The translations under genes were made by a program, and so were the position numbers. From positions 124,001 to 188,000 of the forward strand of contig NIVC01000692.1 of the NCBI GenBank assembly GCA_002269645.1: a stretch of 64,000 nt of DNA. Reading direction: 5' to 3'. Below are positions 51,941 through 64,000 of this stretch, piece after piece. Every line of letters starts with the position of its first letter. Positions within the stretch are counted from its first letter, which is position 1. This DNA comes from Macrostomum lignano. Taxonomy: Eukaryota. Under the pieces are notes generated by a model. The model was not told the origin of the DNA, did not search any database, and saw only the letters and a list, made by a program, of their open reading frames with translations.

Positions 51941-53676
51941 CCAGGTACGCAAAAAGTATCCAGACACTTGCATGTGTTGCAGAGAAGGACAGATAAATAT
52001 GCACGTGTTGTACCCAAAATCAATGAATTTTCACATTGTAACTCAATGCAACAAATTGTTGTAGCTCATTTTTCAGCAAAGTAGACAATGCAACAGGTCA
52101 GTCTATTTTCACCTGGAAAGGTGATAATGGCTTAATTAAAGGTAGATGACATAAATTGCAAAATTTCAAGATCATGTTCCATTTAACAATGCAAACAAGT
52201 GAAACATAATATAGGCATTGAGCAACAAAAGTGAAACTTAATTTAAAGAAGTGGTTGCTTTTTCTAACAGAGTTCAAGATCCTCAGACTTCCTCAAATCA
52301 ATCACCTGGCCCACTTGCTGCCATGTGCTGCTCAAATGGTTCCAACAAGCGGCTCTGCATGCTAGACTCAATTTAATCCACAATTGGAGAACCTCTTTAG
52401 GCAATCACCTTTTTAAGACAACCACAAAATGCTTTGCAGCATCTCACCAGATATTCTGGAGTCAGCTCTGATTCCCAAGCCTTATGAATGGCAGATCTCA
52501 GCAAGTCCAGGGACATGTAGAAGCTTTTGTAGGCCCACTTGTCAACCTGGTTTCAGATTGAAAAATCTAGGGGATTTAGATCTGGTGAGTTAGTGAGTAG
52601 GCTGGCCAGTCCTCTTTTAGCCAGACGTGCTTGCGCCCAAAGTGAGCGCTAAGCCAGGCCTGCACGTCATTGCGAGTGTGTGTTGGAGCCAAGTCCTGCT
52701 GGAAGTGAAAGTTCCAGCCATCTGCAAAACTGCCATCTAGCCGCACCTTGTCAAGATAGTTATTGCGAATCCAGTGCAGCACTTTCTAGAGCACATCAAG
52801 GTACCTGTCTCCATTCAGTTGGTACCCCTTGTCAAAAAATATTGGCTGCATTTTCTTGCCATCAAAAGCAACAAGGCCAAAGACTATGATGGTTGCCAGG
52901 TGCTTCATCTGTAGCAAGTTGAAGGCATCCCGCTCCTCATTGCTCCTGGCCAGCATGCGCAAAAAGCTACAATTCCAGTAGGGTGTTTATGTGAAGTTCT
53001 TTTCATCCATGAAGAAGATGACTTCAACTCCAGAAGAGGCCTTGAGGTCATTTAGGAGCCTCCGTGACTGTTGAACCCGAAGCCCCAGCTGATCCACATT
53101 CAGCATGGGGATCTCCCTCTATACAAAGCTCCTGACGCCCATCTCCCAAAATGCATTGCGGACATTGCTCTCATGCACTCCTTCCTCTCAGGCAATTTGC
53201 CTTATCATCTTCATTGGGTCTTCTGCCCACTTGGCTTTGAGGTTGGTCATGAAGTCTGGTGTCCGGACTGTCCATGGCTGTCCCAATTTCTCCTTTGGTT
53301 CCAGGCTATCACCAGAATACAGCAGCTTCTTCCAATCACCAACGGTGCTCTTCCCTACTGAGTACTTCTCAGCACACATTTGCACGCTCATTCTAGAAGT
53401 CAATTCGGTAGCGACATGCTTCTTGAGATCCAAGGAATATCTTGCCATTTTGTGAAAACTTGGGGTGACAAATCCCCAGATTGAAAACAAAGCTTTCGCA
53501 ATAAAAGGGTGAACAGCATGAGTCCATTTTGCATATCAGGGTTAAAATTCCAGGCAGAAGTTGGGCCATAGATGTATTATAAAAATAATGCTTTAAACTG
53601 CTAGAGTATATTAAACTCTTGGAATTTGGAAAGCAAAGCCAACAAGATTCTGTCCGGATACCTTTTGCGCACACAG
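51941..53676 (-). mobile_element. Decayed Tc1/mariner (maT-like) transposon, 1.74 kb
   Basis: TA flanks; 26 bp TIRs matching 20/26; HTH-like N-terminus (YSVGKSTVGDWKK); FMDEKNF, FQQDLAPTH, and WPAYSPDLNPLDF once an 8 bp duplication is removed; stops and frameshifts. Confidence 0.9.
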
Positions 53677-56341
53677 TATGTACCATTTTTTTTTTATCCC
53701 TTATCTTGTTGTGCTTTTGGCTTTAGCCTTTAGCAATTGTCAGTCTAGCGGTCTGTTGACCTCTGATGCGTCTATAATTTATTTCATAACTAAATAGCAT
53801 GGTTCAATTCATCAACGCAGTCGTGTAACAAAATGTCTATGGCAAAGCCATCAACCCACAACATATCTATTAATAAAAAAATCTAACATAGCTAGGCTTA
53901 AAATAGCCAAAACCTTTGGTTTTGCAACAGGGTTAAAGTTTAAAAACATTATTTTTAGGTCTAAAATGCATAGAGAAGACCATAGTCATAGAAAAACCTG
54001 TTTGATTTAACTTGTGCTTTCAATTCTCTTTTCCTTGGCACATGTCTAAGGTGGCCACAGCTCTAATTTGCCTATGAGGCTTTCAACCCCCTAAATTACT
54101 ATTGGCTGTTTCTAGTTCCTATGGTATGAAGACCATTATATATGTCTCTCAAGTATTAGCTATAATTTCTCTATATGAAACAATTTATGTTATTGATAGC
54201 AATATGTGTGTATCATTGCATTGGATACTAGTAATTTTCTTGAGCTGATTGAGCTGATTGAGATTTTCACATTCATATTAAAAAACTAATATATTTAACA
54301 AATTCAATTTAAAAGGGGTACTAAAACTATTATTAGAATTCATTTGATATGGAGTGAAAATGTATCATTCATTTAATAGAATTGAAGTACTTTGTTTCAT
54401 AAGAATATAAGCGATTAAACTCATAGATTTTGAACCTATTGAATTTTAATCACTGAAACTATTGTATGCATTCTTAAATCTGAAGTCATACTCAAACAAA
54501 AGCTTATTAGCCATGAAGATAGAGGTAAACAAAAAGTAGAGTAAAGTCATGTTAAGTTAGGATTTGAGGCTCACCAGTAGCTAGGGTGCTATATAGAATG
54601 ACAGGCATGCAAAGTCTATTTTGTCTAAAGCATATATATCTAGCAAACTTTGGCCTCTGGCCTCTGCTTGTCTTCTCTGTCATTAAAGTCCATTGAAACT
54701 TCTCTGTTCTATGAGAATTTATTTACCTTAAGCAGCATACATGCGCAACCCCCTGATTTACACTGGCCATGTGACTTACTTTTCGACCAAAAATGTGACT
54801 TACCTGTAAAAGAAACCTTAACGCAATTTTGGGTAAACGGCAGGAGTAACTATGATTGTTTTATTAGGGCTAAATGCCTCATTATCTAATTAGTACTCTA
54901 TCTGTATTCTTTAGGTTGGGCATTTTTGCAACTTACCCCTGGTCTACCACAATTTACGATGGCCAGATTGGCCAGGTCGGCCAGCAGTTGCGCATATATG
55001 TTAAGCAGTTAATATTATGAAAGAATGAACAATTAAATAATTACATAGGAACACAACTATTATTGGAAGGATTTTATTATTTCCTTGATTGTTTCATTCT
55101 CAGCATTACACACAATCCATCAGTTGATTCATTATAGTTATTGACCAAAATTTTATTCCACATGGACTCACAAATTATATTGCCAAATTGTGTTAGTATA
55201 GTTTCTATTTTAGTTAATTTATACTCAGTATACTTTACTAGATTTAAACTTCCAAGGGTTGTGATGAACAATAGAGCTTGAAATAAATTTTATCATAAGC
55301 AGATTATCTCCATAGTAGCCATTGTTGCACTGTTTGCACTTTTTGTACTATTCCAAATTTTCTGCACTGCTGCACTATTATGACTGAAAAAGGGCTATTG
55401 TTGTGCTAAACTGTTGTGCTCTGATTTTTTTCATGAAATTTCAGTTTTATACCCATATTTCTCTCTTATTGACTCATAAATTTGTTGACAAAGGCAAGAT
55501 TTGTCAAGGCAACCCAAATCTACACATTGGCCTCCTTGATGAGCAGGTTGTGCAGCAAAATTCTCATGGAGTCTTAATCTCAAGATTGAGAACTCATATC
55601 ACTCATACTCACACTATTTTCCTAGTTAACTTTTTTTAGAATCAAATCAGATCAAAATCAATTGATAGATGCATGTATATTATTGTTTTATGCATATTTA
55701 TATCTTACCATTACCGGGCAAATAACTGCGGCTGTGTCTAGTAGTAGTACTAAGTTACTAACATTAACTGCTATCAATGCAGTTTGTGCCATGTGAAGCT
55801 TTTATGAACTTTGGAAGTTATGAAATTTTAACTTTTGTGAAGTTATGAAGTTTACAAATATATGAAATTTGTGTCAACTTGTGTTTGTTTGCCATTGCCA
55901 CATGCAAAGAGTGTTTTTTGGACATGAAGCATGTATTCTATTGCTGCACTATTTAATTTCTCTTTGCACTAGAGCTTGGCAAATTTTCAGTGGCCACTGA
56001 TTATCTCTATCAGATCCACCAATTTGCTTCTACCTATGGCCAAATGAACCCCCCCCCCCGCATATCCAAAAAGGCAGCAGAGATGTGTATAGCAGAAATG
56101 TGCAGCATTCACTGTTTAATTAAAAGCAAAAGCAATGTTTTGTTCTTGTTAAAATTTTACTTGTGTATTGTGGCTAAAAGTGCAGCATTCACAGTTTAAG
56201 TAAAGGCAAAAGGCAATGTTGAGGCTGAAATATGATGACTTGATGAATGATAAATGAAGGATTATTTATTGAATAAATTAGTCCTTTGTTAATGAGTAAT
56301 GCAACAATCAATATTGCATGAAGTACTGTTCAATTTTGTAG

Positions 56342-57270
56342 CTAGGCTTTGTCACCTTGATTTGGCCATGTGGGTTCTGCATGGAGGTGGCTGCAAGCAT
56401 GCAAGAAAGCCTCAACAGACTTTGTGCCTTTGCAAAGGTGCCTGCCTGTAGAAGTCCTCAAAGTCTGCATTGACTTTGGCATAGCAGGCATGCACTTTCT
56501 AGTGCTGGTAGATGAACTGGCCCTGGCAGACTTATGTAACAAGCCATTGCGCATGCTTGGCATATCTTTGGACCAGATCCAGTATCTGGTAGAAATTCAG
56601 GGCCCTCCTGCCTTGCCTATTGAGATCCGCATGCCATGTCTCAACTGAGTTGTTGGTCCTAACATAGCATTTGAAGAGGACAAAGACAGATGTCATCTCA
56701 GCCACAGATGGGATTCTACAGCCAGTTGACACACAATCTGCAAGGTCTAAGAGGGCTTGATTGTTTCCTGCAGCAGCTATGTACATATTAAAGCCTTCTA
56801 GCATGATGTAAGAAGGAAAGCATGGAATGAAAATAATCATTTGCACTACATTCCTAAATTTAGTGGCAGTGTGGTACTGAATCTGGATTCCTAGTGTCTG
56901 GACATGTTAGGAAATTGCTTGGCAATTATGAAAAAAGCAGCCTTTAATTGTGGCACCTGGAAACAATTTGGATTGCCTGCCATGCAGCTGCTTCAAAATC
57001 AGAGAGAAATTCAACAGGTGCATTACCAATTGCCTCCTAGAGATGGTGCATAGGTGCTGCTGCTATACTTGCTGACCAGTTTTACTGATTGCAGAGCCAA
57101 AAAAACTTATGAATGCCTTGCATGACTTCATATTGTGCAGGTGTGACATGGCTATTGCATTCAAGATGCTGCCAATTGTGGCACAAGGAGCATTCAATTG
57201 CACAATCTTCATTAGTAACTGGTTGCACACATACCATACATGGAAATGCTGCAGTCATTCTGAGCAAATT
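56342..57270 (-). mobile_element. Mutator-like (MULE) transposase remnant preceded by a PHD finger
   Basis: CMVC..AIECSLCHNWQHLEC..WLC PHD pattern (57082-57267); SDFEAAAWQAI, then after a frameshift FPGATIKGCFFH (CxxH), then RTNNSVETWHADLN..LNFY; several stops; TIRs not found. Confidence 0.8.
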
Positions 57271-58146
57271 AAAGTAAGCAGCCAGATAGAAAAGAATTCA
57301 AATGAAATTTATTCAATTCAGACTTGACTCCAAGATTGTTTACATAATAAAGTTAAAGTTTTGACTAATAGTTTGGGTGCCTATGAGATCAACCTCTAAA
57401 TTGTAGCCAATAAGAGATGCCTCTTAATAAAGCCTGAAATCTGAAATCTTGTTTTAAAATAATGCATGTTTCATAACAACCATCTGTGTCTATTGCTAGT
57501 AGTATGCATTGGTTACTATTTGAAAGCTATCTGAAACTGAATAGTTGGGCAAATGTAAGGTGGAGAGGTTGAGGTAGGGGGAGATTAATGAGAGAGCTTC
57601 CATTCCCATACCCTATACTCCCCCTCCCTCCAAGCAAATAAGAAATGGGCTTGCTTTGTGGCCACCTTGGTCTGTCACCCTTTTCTTCTTATAGCACTAA
57701 TATTAGATATAATTTAATAATAAAAGTTGTCTCCTTAGTAGAAGCAATAAAGCTAACTTGTTAAAAAATTAAAAGCAATGAGAATTTTATCAAAATTTTA
57801 AGTATATCTAAAAATATTAGTTAATTGAAAAGCAGTTTATTTTATTGGCTTTGAATTTTATAAAAACTGTTTATAATAAAACTTACCATTTTTTCAATTT
57901 CAATAATACAAAAGAACCTATTTTCATATGTCAAATATTGAAGTGTTTTTTCTTTTCTTTCTAGTTTATAGGGTTCATGTTTGCTTTTCATTTTATGTAA
58001 TTGCATTTCAAAGTTATTAATTTGCAAAAACTTAAGTTTCACTCAAATTTGCTTTTATATGCATATTGGCAAGTCAAAGGACCCTCACTAAAGTCTTTAG
58101 CTAAGAAAATAAATGCCAACACTAATAGAAATATATAATACATTTT

Positions 58147-58274
58147 TAGAAAGCTTAATATCAACATTTGAATATGATTGCAATTTCTAACAACTTCAAC
58201 GCATTTCGCACGCCATGGTGCATCGTCAGGATTTTATTAGAATGATTTGAGAAATTGAGATTGAAAGCAATTGA
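58147..58274. repeat. 128 bp dispersed repeat, inverted partner of 50208-50335
   Basis: See the partner feature. Confidence 0.9.
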
Positions 58275-60572
58275 TTAAATATTGGTTTTGCAATGTACAC
58301 AGGTAAGGAGGGTAAGATTGAAAACAATTGATTACAACTTGGCTTTAACAACATACATAGGTATAGTAGGTAGGAGAGAGAATTATAGATTGAGATTGAA
58401 AGTTAAACCAAATGTACACAATTCTTGTCCAGTGGTCAAAAGGCAGAATCAGGGGCGGTAGCTTAAGTAATTGAACGTCAAGCTAAGTGTACACAACGTG
58501 CACGACTGTGTCACTCACTGGTCAGAAAATGCAGAGAACGTGACCTGCACCACTATGTTGTAATTGGGTGTTGAGATTCGGGGTCTAAGCTTTTATGTGC
58601 AGGGCCTCGAGAATTCTAAGTTTGGCATCAGTATGGCTTTGGTCAATGATTTTAAAGTGTTCTTCTGGTTTGCAGTCTGGTAATACATTTTTGTTGCCAA
58701 TATGTTTTATCTAAGGGTCAGACAATTAAATTTTTGAGATCTTCATGATTTATTCTATGCTTTTGAGATAATTGAAATTTGATCAAGAATTGAGATTAAG
58801 CCTAATTAGTATCTAGACCTATTTACACTATTCTATCTATCAGTGCTACTATTATTTTTTTTAAATGTGTAAAATGATGACAATAGAAAGAAAAACAATT
58901 ATTATATAATTTAAGCTTGTTAATAGCTTGGTTGATGTATATCAAATATAAATATGATAATATTATAGTCACCAATAATCACAGTCACAAAACTTGTTTA
59001 TGTTGATCAATATCAATATCTTGTTCAACCCCTCGTTTTATCAATCATAGATGTTTTTAAAGCCAACTAGTGCATTAAGCCCCCATGGGGTATTCAAATT
59101 CAAAATTCAAACATTGAAAGCATGAAAAAAATCTTTGAATATTTGACTCACTTCCAAATCAATTTTTAATTGTTCAAAATTTTATATATACTTAGCAACA
59201 TTGAAAAGTCTCCACTATATGTGTCAGTGAGTAATTTTTCTTGGACTATTCTGAGAAAGAAGATACAAGAAAACTGATTGGGTGGCTCTAATCCATCTAA
59301 AAAACCCTCACACACTGCACCCCCACTTCATTCCTCAACCTAAGCCTGCCATGACATAGCAAGTTGCGTCACTCGCTAAGATAGAGAGACTACCTGCATT
59401 CTCAAAAGGGGCAACCACAGATAGAATCAATAGGCCTGCCTTTGACCTGCTTTTAGCCTTTGACCAATAGGCCTGCATATTTACTTTTTGTCCAATGAAA
59501 TACATCTTGACCTAATTGCAACCTATATTTCCAAGTTTGCAAGAATCAGCATCCCCTAAAATTCATGTTCCATAAACAATTCAATGATCTATTTTTTCTA
59601 AAGCCTCAAATCTGAGCATCAATAAACTTGCAACTGCTCAAGCACCCTTGCCTTTCAATATGTGGCACATAGCCACATATTGTCCTATTCTTAATTCCAT
59701 CCCCTCATTTATGAGCCACAAGCCCACAACCCCTAACACTCTTGAATCTTCAAACTCAAACTTATTAGTCCCTATTCCTTCTAATTTTATTCTAAAGCCT
59801 TCTCAAATCCTTACAAAATATGCTCAATTGTTGCACCTTTAATCTCTCTGCCTTTCCTCAGCGCATAATTATCCCCAACTCTTTCCCTTTATTTATGAGC
59901 CACAACACCTGCATCAATGCTCAACTCTTAGTCTTGACTTGTTTCAAATCTTTGTACTATATCAAAGTGACTATTTGGTATTCAGATTGTCAATTTCCTG
60001 ATTCCAATTCAAATTAAATATTTAGTTGATTCAATTCAATTCCAAATATTCCAAATATTTGTCCCATCTCTATATTGGCATAACTTGGTCATCTAATAAG
60101 ATTTGTTATCCAAATATCTCTAAAGCAACTATATTTCCCAGATCTAAACTGTAAATTTATGTTGCTGATAAAAAATTTCTGGATTTCATGGGAGAATATA
60201 TCCCCAATGCATGATGCAGAAATAGTGATAATTCAGGTGATATTATTCTGGCACCTTCCTAGCTTAGCCTAGCCCTAATTCATTTTCTGCTTCAGAGAAA
60301 AGTTGTCCGTGTATACTTGCTAAAATATTAGAATAGGAGCTATGACTAATGGCTCTATGAAAATATCTATTAAGATACACGGACAGATGATATTCTTATT
60401 TTATTGACTTATATTCGAACTGGAAATTTAATTGATCAAAAATTTAAATGACGGGATTCCACTAACTGAGACTTGCTGTGTTCGTCCTGCGTAGTGGGGG
60501 TCAATTTTTCTAATCCCAGAACAACTAATAATACTATTGCTGCTCACACAGAACGCAGTACTAACAGACACC

Positions 60573-60884
60573 ATGGCACAAAGCCAGCTGCAGCAGGACC
60601 AAGCTGACACTGCAGCTGTCAGTGCCAGCCACGCCAATCTGCACTTCTGGCAACGAGTTGCCGCCTCCTCAATAGGCGGCGTTGCCACTTCTCTGACCAT
60701 GACACCATTCGACGTTGTTAAAACTCGAATGCAAGCTCAGGCTAGGCCAAAACAGTTTGGCAGTGGGAATTGTTTTCTATATTGCAATGGCCTGATGGAT
60801 CATCTGTGCATGTGCGCGCCAGAGACTGACAAATCTGTGCCCTGGTATCGCAAGCCTGGCGCCGCCAAGTTCACCTCTCCTTTG
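60573..60884 (+). CDS. SLC25A40: SLC25A39/40-family mitochondrial carrier, coding exon 1 (PFDVVKTRMQ; CFLYCNGLMDHLCMC)
   Basis: Carrier signature plus the Cys-rich matrix-loop motif diagnostic of SLC25A39/40; donor TTG|gtgag; 312 bp. Confidence 0.93.
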
Positions 60885-61004
60885 GTGAGATTGTGCGCAC
60901 CTGGGCTTCAATCTTTAATTGCAATCATACAAATAGTTGCTACGATTAAATTACAGAGCTACAGAGTACAGAGTTTTTCGCCATTCCGATGCTATTCTAC
61001 TCAA

Positions 61005-61770
61005 TTAAAATGTCATTCTCCCTCATTCCAATGCCATTCTACTCCATTCCAATGCCATTCTAATCCATTCCAATGCCATTCTACTTCATTCCAGTGCCAT
61101 TCTACTCCATTCCAATGCCATTCTACTCCATTCCAATGCCATTCTACTCCATTCCAATGCCATTCTACTTCCTTCCAATGCCATTCTACTCCATTCCAAT
61201 GCCATTCTACTCCATTCCAATGCCTTTCTACTCCATTCCAATGCCATTCTACTCCATTCCAATGCCATTCTACTTCCTTCCAATGCCATTCTACTCCATT
61301 CCAATGCCATTCTACTCCATTCCAATGCCTTTCTACTCCATTCCAATGCCATTCTACTCCATTCCAATGCCATTCTACTTCCTTCCAATGCCATTCTACT
61401 CCATTCCAATGCCATTCTACTTCATTCCAATGCCATTATACCCCATTCCAGTGCTATTCTACTTCATTCCAATGCCATTCTACTTCATTCCAGTGCCATT
61501 CTACTTCATTCCAATGCCATTCTACTTCATTCCAGTGCCATTCTACTTCATTCCAATGCCATTCTACTTCATTCCAATGCCATTCTACTTCATTCCAATG
61601 CCATTCTACTTCATTCCAGTGCCATTCTACTTCATTCCAATGCCATTCTACTTCCTTCCAGTGCCATTCTACTTCATTCCAATGCCATTCTACTTCATTC
61701 CAGTGCCATTCTACTTCATTCCAATGCCATTCTACTTCATTCCAGTGCCATTCTACTTCATTCCAATGTT
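61005..61770. repeat. 21 bp minisatellite TTCCAATGCCATTCTACTCCA, about 35 copies, in carrier intron 1
   Basis: Open in two frames, producing the spurious FQCHSTP tail of the 427 aa ORF. Confidence 0.97.
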
Positions 61771-61957
61771 GGCAAAATTTAAAATACAGGTGTCTGCATC
61801 GACTTCAAAGAATATCTTGATTAATACATGCGATCAGTCGTCTTTGTAATCTTTAATTAATTTTTGATGCTCTACTTTGGCTGGGCTATGAACATCAATC
61901 GAATGTGTTCAGTGCCCGGTTTTTCTCTAACTCCAAATCTTTGCCAATCTCACCCAG

Positions 61958-62212
61958 GACGCACTGCTGAAAATAGTCCGACACGAGGGCCCCCAGTCAC
62001 TCTATTCGGGCCTATCCGCCACGTTAATCCTGGCCATACCCAGCACCGTAATCTACTTCACTAGCATGGATCTGTTGAAAGCCGGTCTCGGCTATCGGCC
62101 GCCTAACGACACGGCTGGCAAGGCCTGGGTGCCGCCTGTAGCCGCCGTATCTGCTCGTCTGGTGTCTGTGATGTGTATGTCGCCGCTGGAACTGGTCCGC
62201 ACTAGTATGCAG
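61958..62212 (+). CDS. SLC25A40: SLC25A39/40 exon 2 (DALLKIVRHEGPQSLYSGL..PSTVIYFT..SPLELVRTSMQ), missed by the ORF track
   Basis: cacccag|GAC acceptor; 85 codons; ends at CAG|gcaagt (GC donor). Confidence 0.9.
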
Positions 62213-62279
62213 GCAAGTCTTGAGCTGTAACAACAGGAGACGAAAGCGGGCACTGTACATTCGGGCGATAGGACAGGTA

Positions 62280-63560
62280 ACAGACAGGTGGACAGACAGA
62301 TCAAATAGATGGACACAGACAGGCGGACAGACAGATCAAATAGGTGGACACAGACAGGCGGACAGACAGATCAAATAGATGGACACAGACAGCCGGACAG
62401 ACAGATCAAATAGGTGGACACAGACAGGCGGACAGACAGATCAAATAGATAAACACAGACAGGCGGATAGTCAGATCAAATAGGTGGACACAGACAGGTG
62501 GACAGACAGATCAAATAGGTGGACACAGACAGGTGGACAGACAGATCAAATAGGTGGACACAGACAGGTGGACAGACAGATCAAATAGGTGGACACAGAC
62601 AGGCGGATAGTCAGATCAAATAGATGGACACAGACAGGCGGACAGACAGATCAAATAGGTGGACACAGACAGGCGGACAGACAGATCAAATAGGTGGACA
62701 CAGACAGGCGGACAGACAGATCAAATAGGTGGACACAGACAGGCGGACAGACAGATCAAATAGGTGGACACAGACAGGCGGACAGACAGATCAAATAGGT
62801 GGACACAGACAGGCGGACAGACAGATCAAATAGGTGGACACAGACAGGCGGACAGACAGATCAAATAGATGGACACAGACAGGCGGACAGACAGATCAAA
62901 TAGGTGGACACAGACAGGCGGACAGACAGATCAAATAGATGGACACAGACAGGCGGACAGACAGATCAAATAGATGGACACAGACAGGCGGACAGACAGA
63001 TCAAATAGGTGGACACAGACAGGCGGACAGACAGATCAAATAGATGGACACAGACAGGCGGACAGACAGATCAAATAGGTGGACACAGACAGGCGGACAG
63101 ACAGATCAAATAGGTGGACACAGACAGGCGGACAGACAGATCAAATAGATGGACACAGACAGGCGGACAGACAGATCAAATAGGTGGACACAGACAGGCG
63201 GACAGACAGATCAAATAGATGGACACAGACAGGCGGACAGACAGATCAAATAGATGGACACAGACAGGCGGACAGACAGATCAAATAGATGGACACAGAC
63301 AGGCGGATAGACAGATCAAATAGATGGACACAGACAGGCGGACAGACAGATCAAATAGGTGGACACAGACAGGCGGACAGACAGATCAAATAGGTGGACA
63401 CAGACAGGCGGACAGACAGATCAAATAGGTGGACACAGACAGGCGGACAGACAGATCAAATAGGTGGACACAGACAGGCGGACAGACAGATCAAATAGGT
63501 GGACACAGACAGGCGGACAGACAGATCAAATAGGTGGACACAGACAGGCGGACAGACAGA
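62280..63560. repeat. 35 bp minisatellite GACACAGACAGGCGGACAGACAGATCAAATAGGTG, about 36 copies, in carrier intron 2
   Basis: 35 bp periodicity. Confidence 0.97.
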
Positions 63561-63703
63561 CGAATTGGCTGGAGTTGCAACTCCTACTGTTTTGTTCCGC
63601 AGCTCAGAGCTGCTACCCTGTCTATCACAGCGTTTGCGTACTAACCGCGGCCAGCTTTGCTTAACTCACATAACCGAAATCCCCCTAACCGCAATGGCCG
63701 CAG

Positions 63704-64000
63704 ACTCAGCGCACCGACTGGTCAGTTGTGCTCCGCTCGGCAAGCGCCGAGGTTCGCGCGCACGGTCTGTTCAGCCTGTGGCGCGGCGCCGTGCCAACTT
63801 TATTACGCGACGTGCCATTCTCGGCCATCTATTGGCTGACATTCGATTCGGCCAGAACGGCGCGTCTCCGCTCGGCCGGAGCCGATTCGCTGTCCTTGAC
63901 AGAGGCGGCCGGCCTCGGCGGCCTGGCGGGCCTGATCGCGGGCCTGGCCACTCTGCCATTTGACGTGGTGAAAACGCACAAACAGATGGAGCTGGGCGTC
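63704..64000 (+). CDS. SLC25A40: SLC25A39/40 exon 3, partial (GLFSLWRG..TLLRDVPFSAIYW..LPFDVVKTHKQMELG), runs off the window
   Basis: Branch point CTAAC and ggccgcag|ACT acceptor; RDVPFS motif and the third carrier signature. Confidence 0.92.

Noticed and set aside
60537-61820. 427 aa carrier protein with an FQCHSTP repeat tail
   Set aside because: This is read-through past the gtgag donor at 60885 into an intronic 21-mer array; the real frame resumes at 61958

Overview
Eukaryotic, repeat-rich animal genomic DNA. GC-rich exons, AT-rich introns and many intronic minisatellites are reminiscent of the flatworm Macrostomum, but the species is not verified. Four spliced genes were reconstructed by hand: (1) the 3' part of CBF-beta (+, exons 3566-3682 and 4979-5449); (2) a complete FucTA-like alpha-1,3-fucosyltransferase (-, 4 exons, 476 aa); (3) a complete RP2/XRP2 (-, 6 exons, 352 aa) whose MGC-bearing exon 1 lies 16.9 kb upstream of exon 2; (4) the 5' part of an SLC25A39/40 mitochondrial carrier (+), which needs a GC-AG intron. 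About 17-18 kb of the window is tandem repeat, mostly a different unit at each locus, and most long ORFs in the ORF track are artefacts of these arrays. Transposon remnants: a 5.9 kb CCC...GGG TIR element with nested inserts, a hAT MITE, a Harbinger-like Myb/SANT ORF, a tRNA-derived SINE, a dead CsRn1-clade Ty3/gypsy element partly duplicated by a 3.78 kb tandem duplication, a maT-like Tc1/mariner element, a PHD-finger MULE remnant and a foldback element. No CRISPR, rRNA or true tRNA gene was found.
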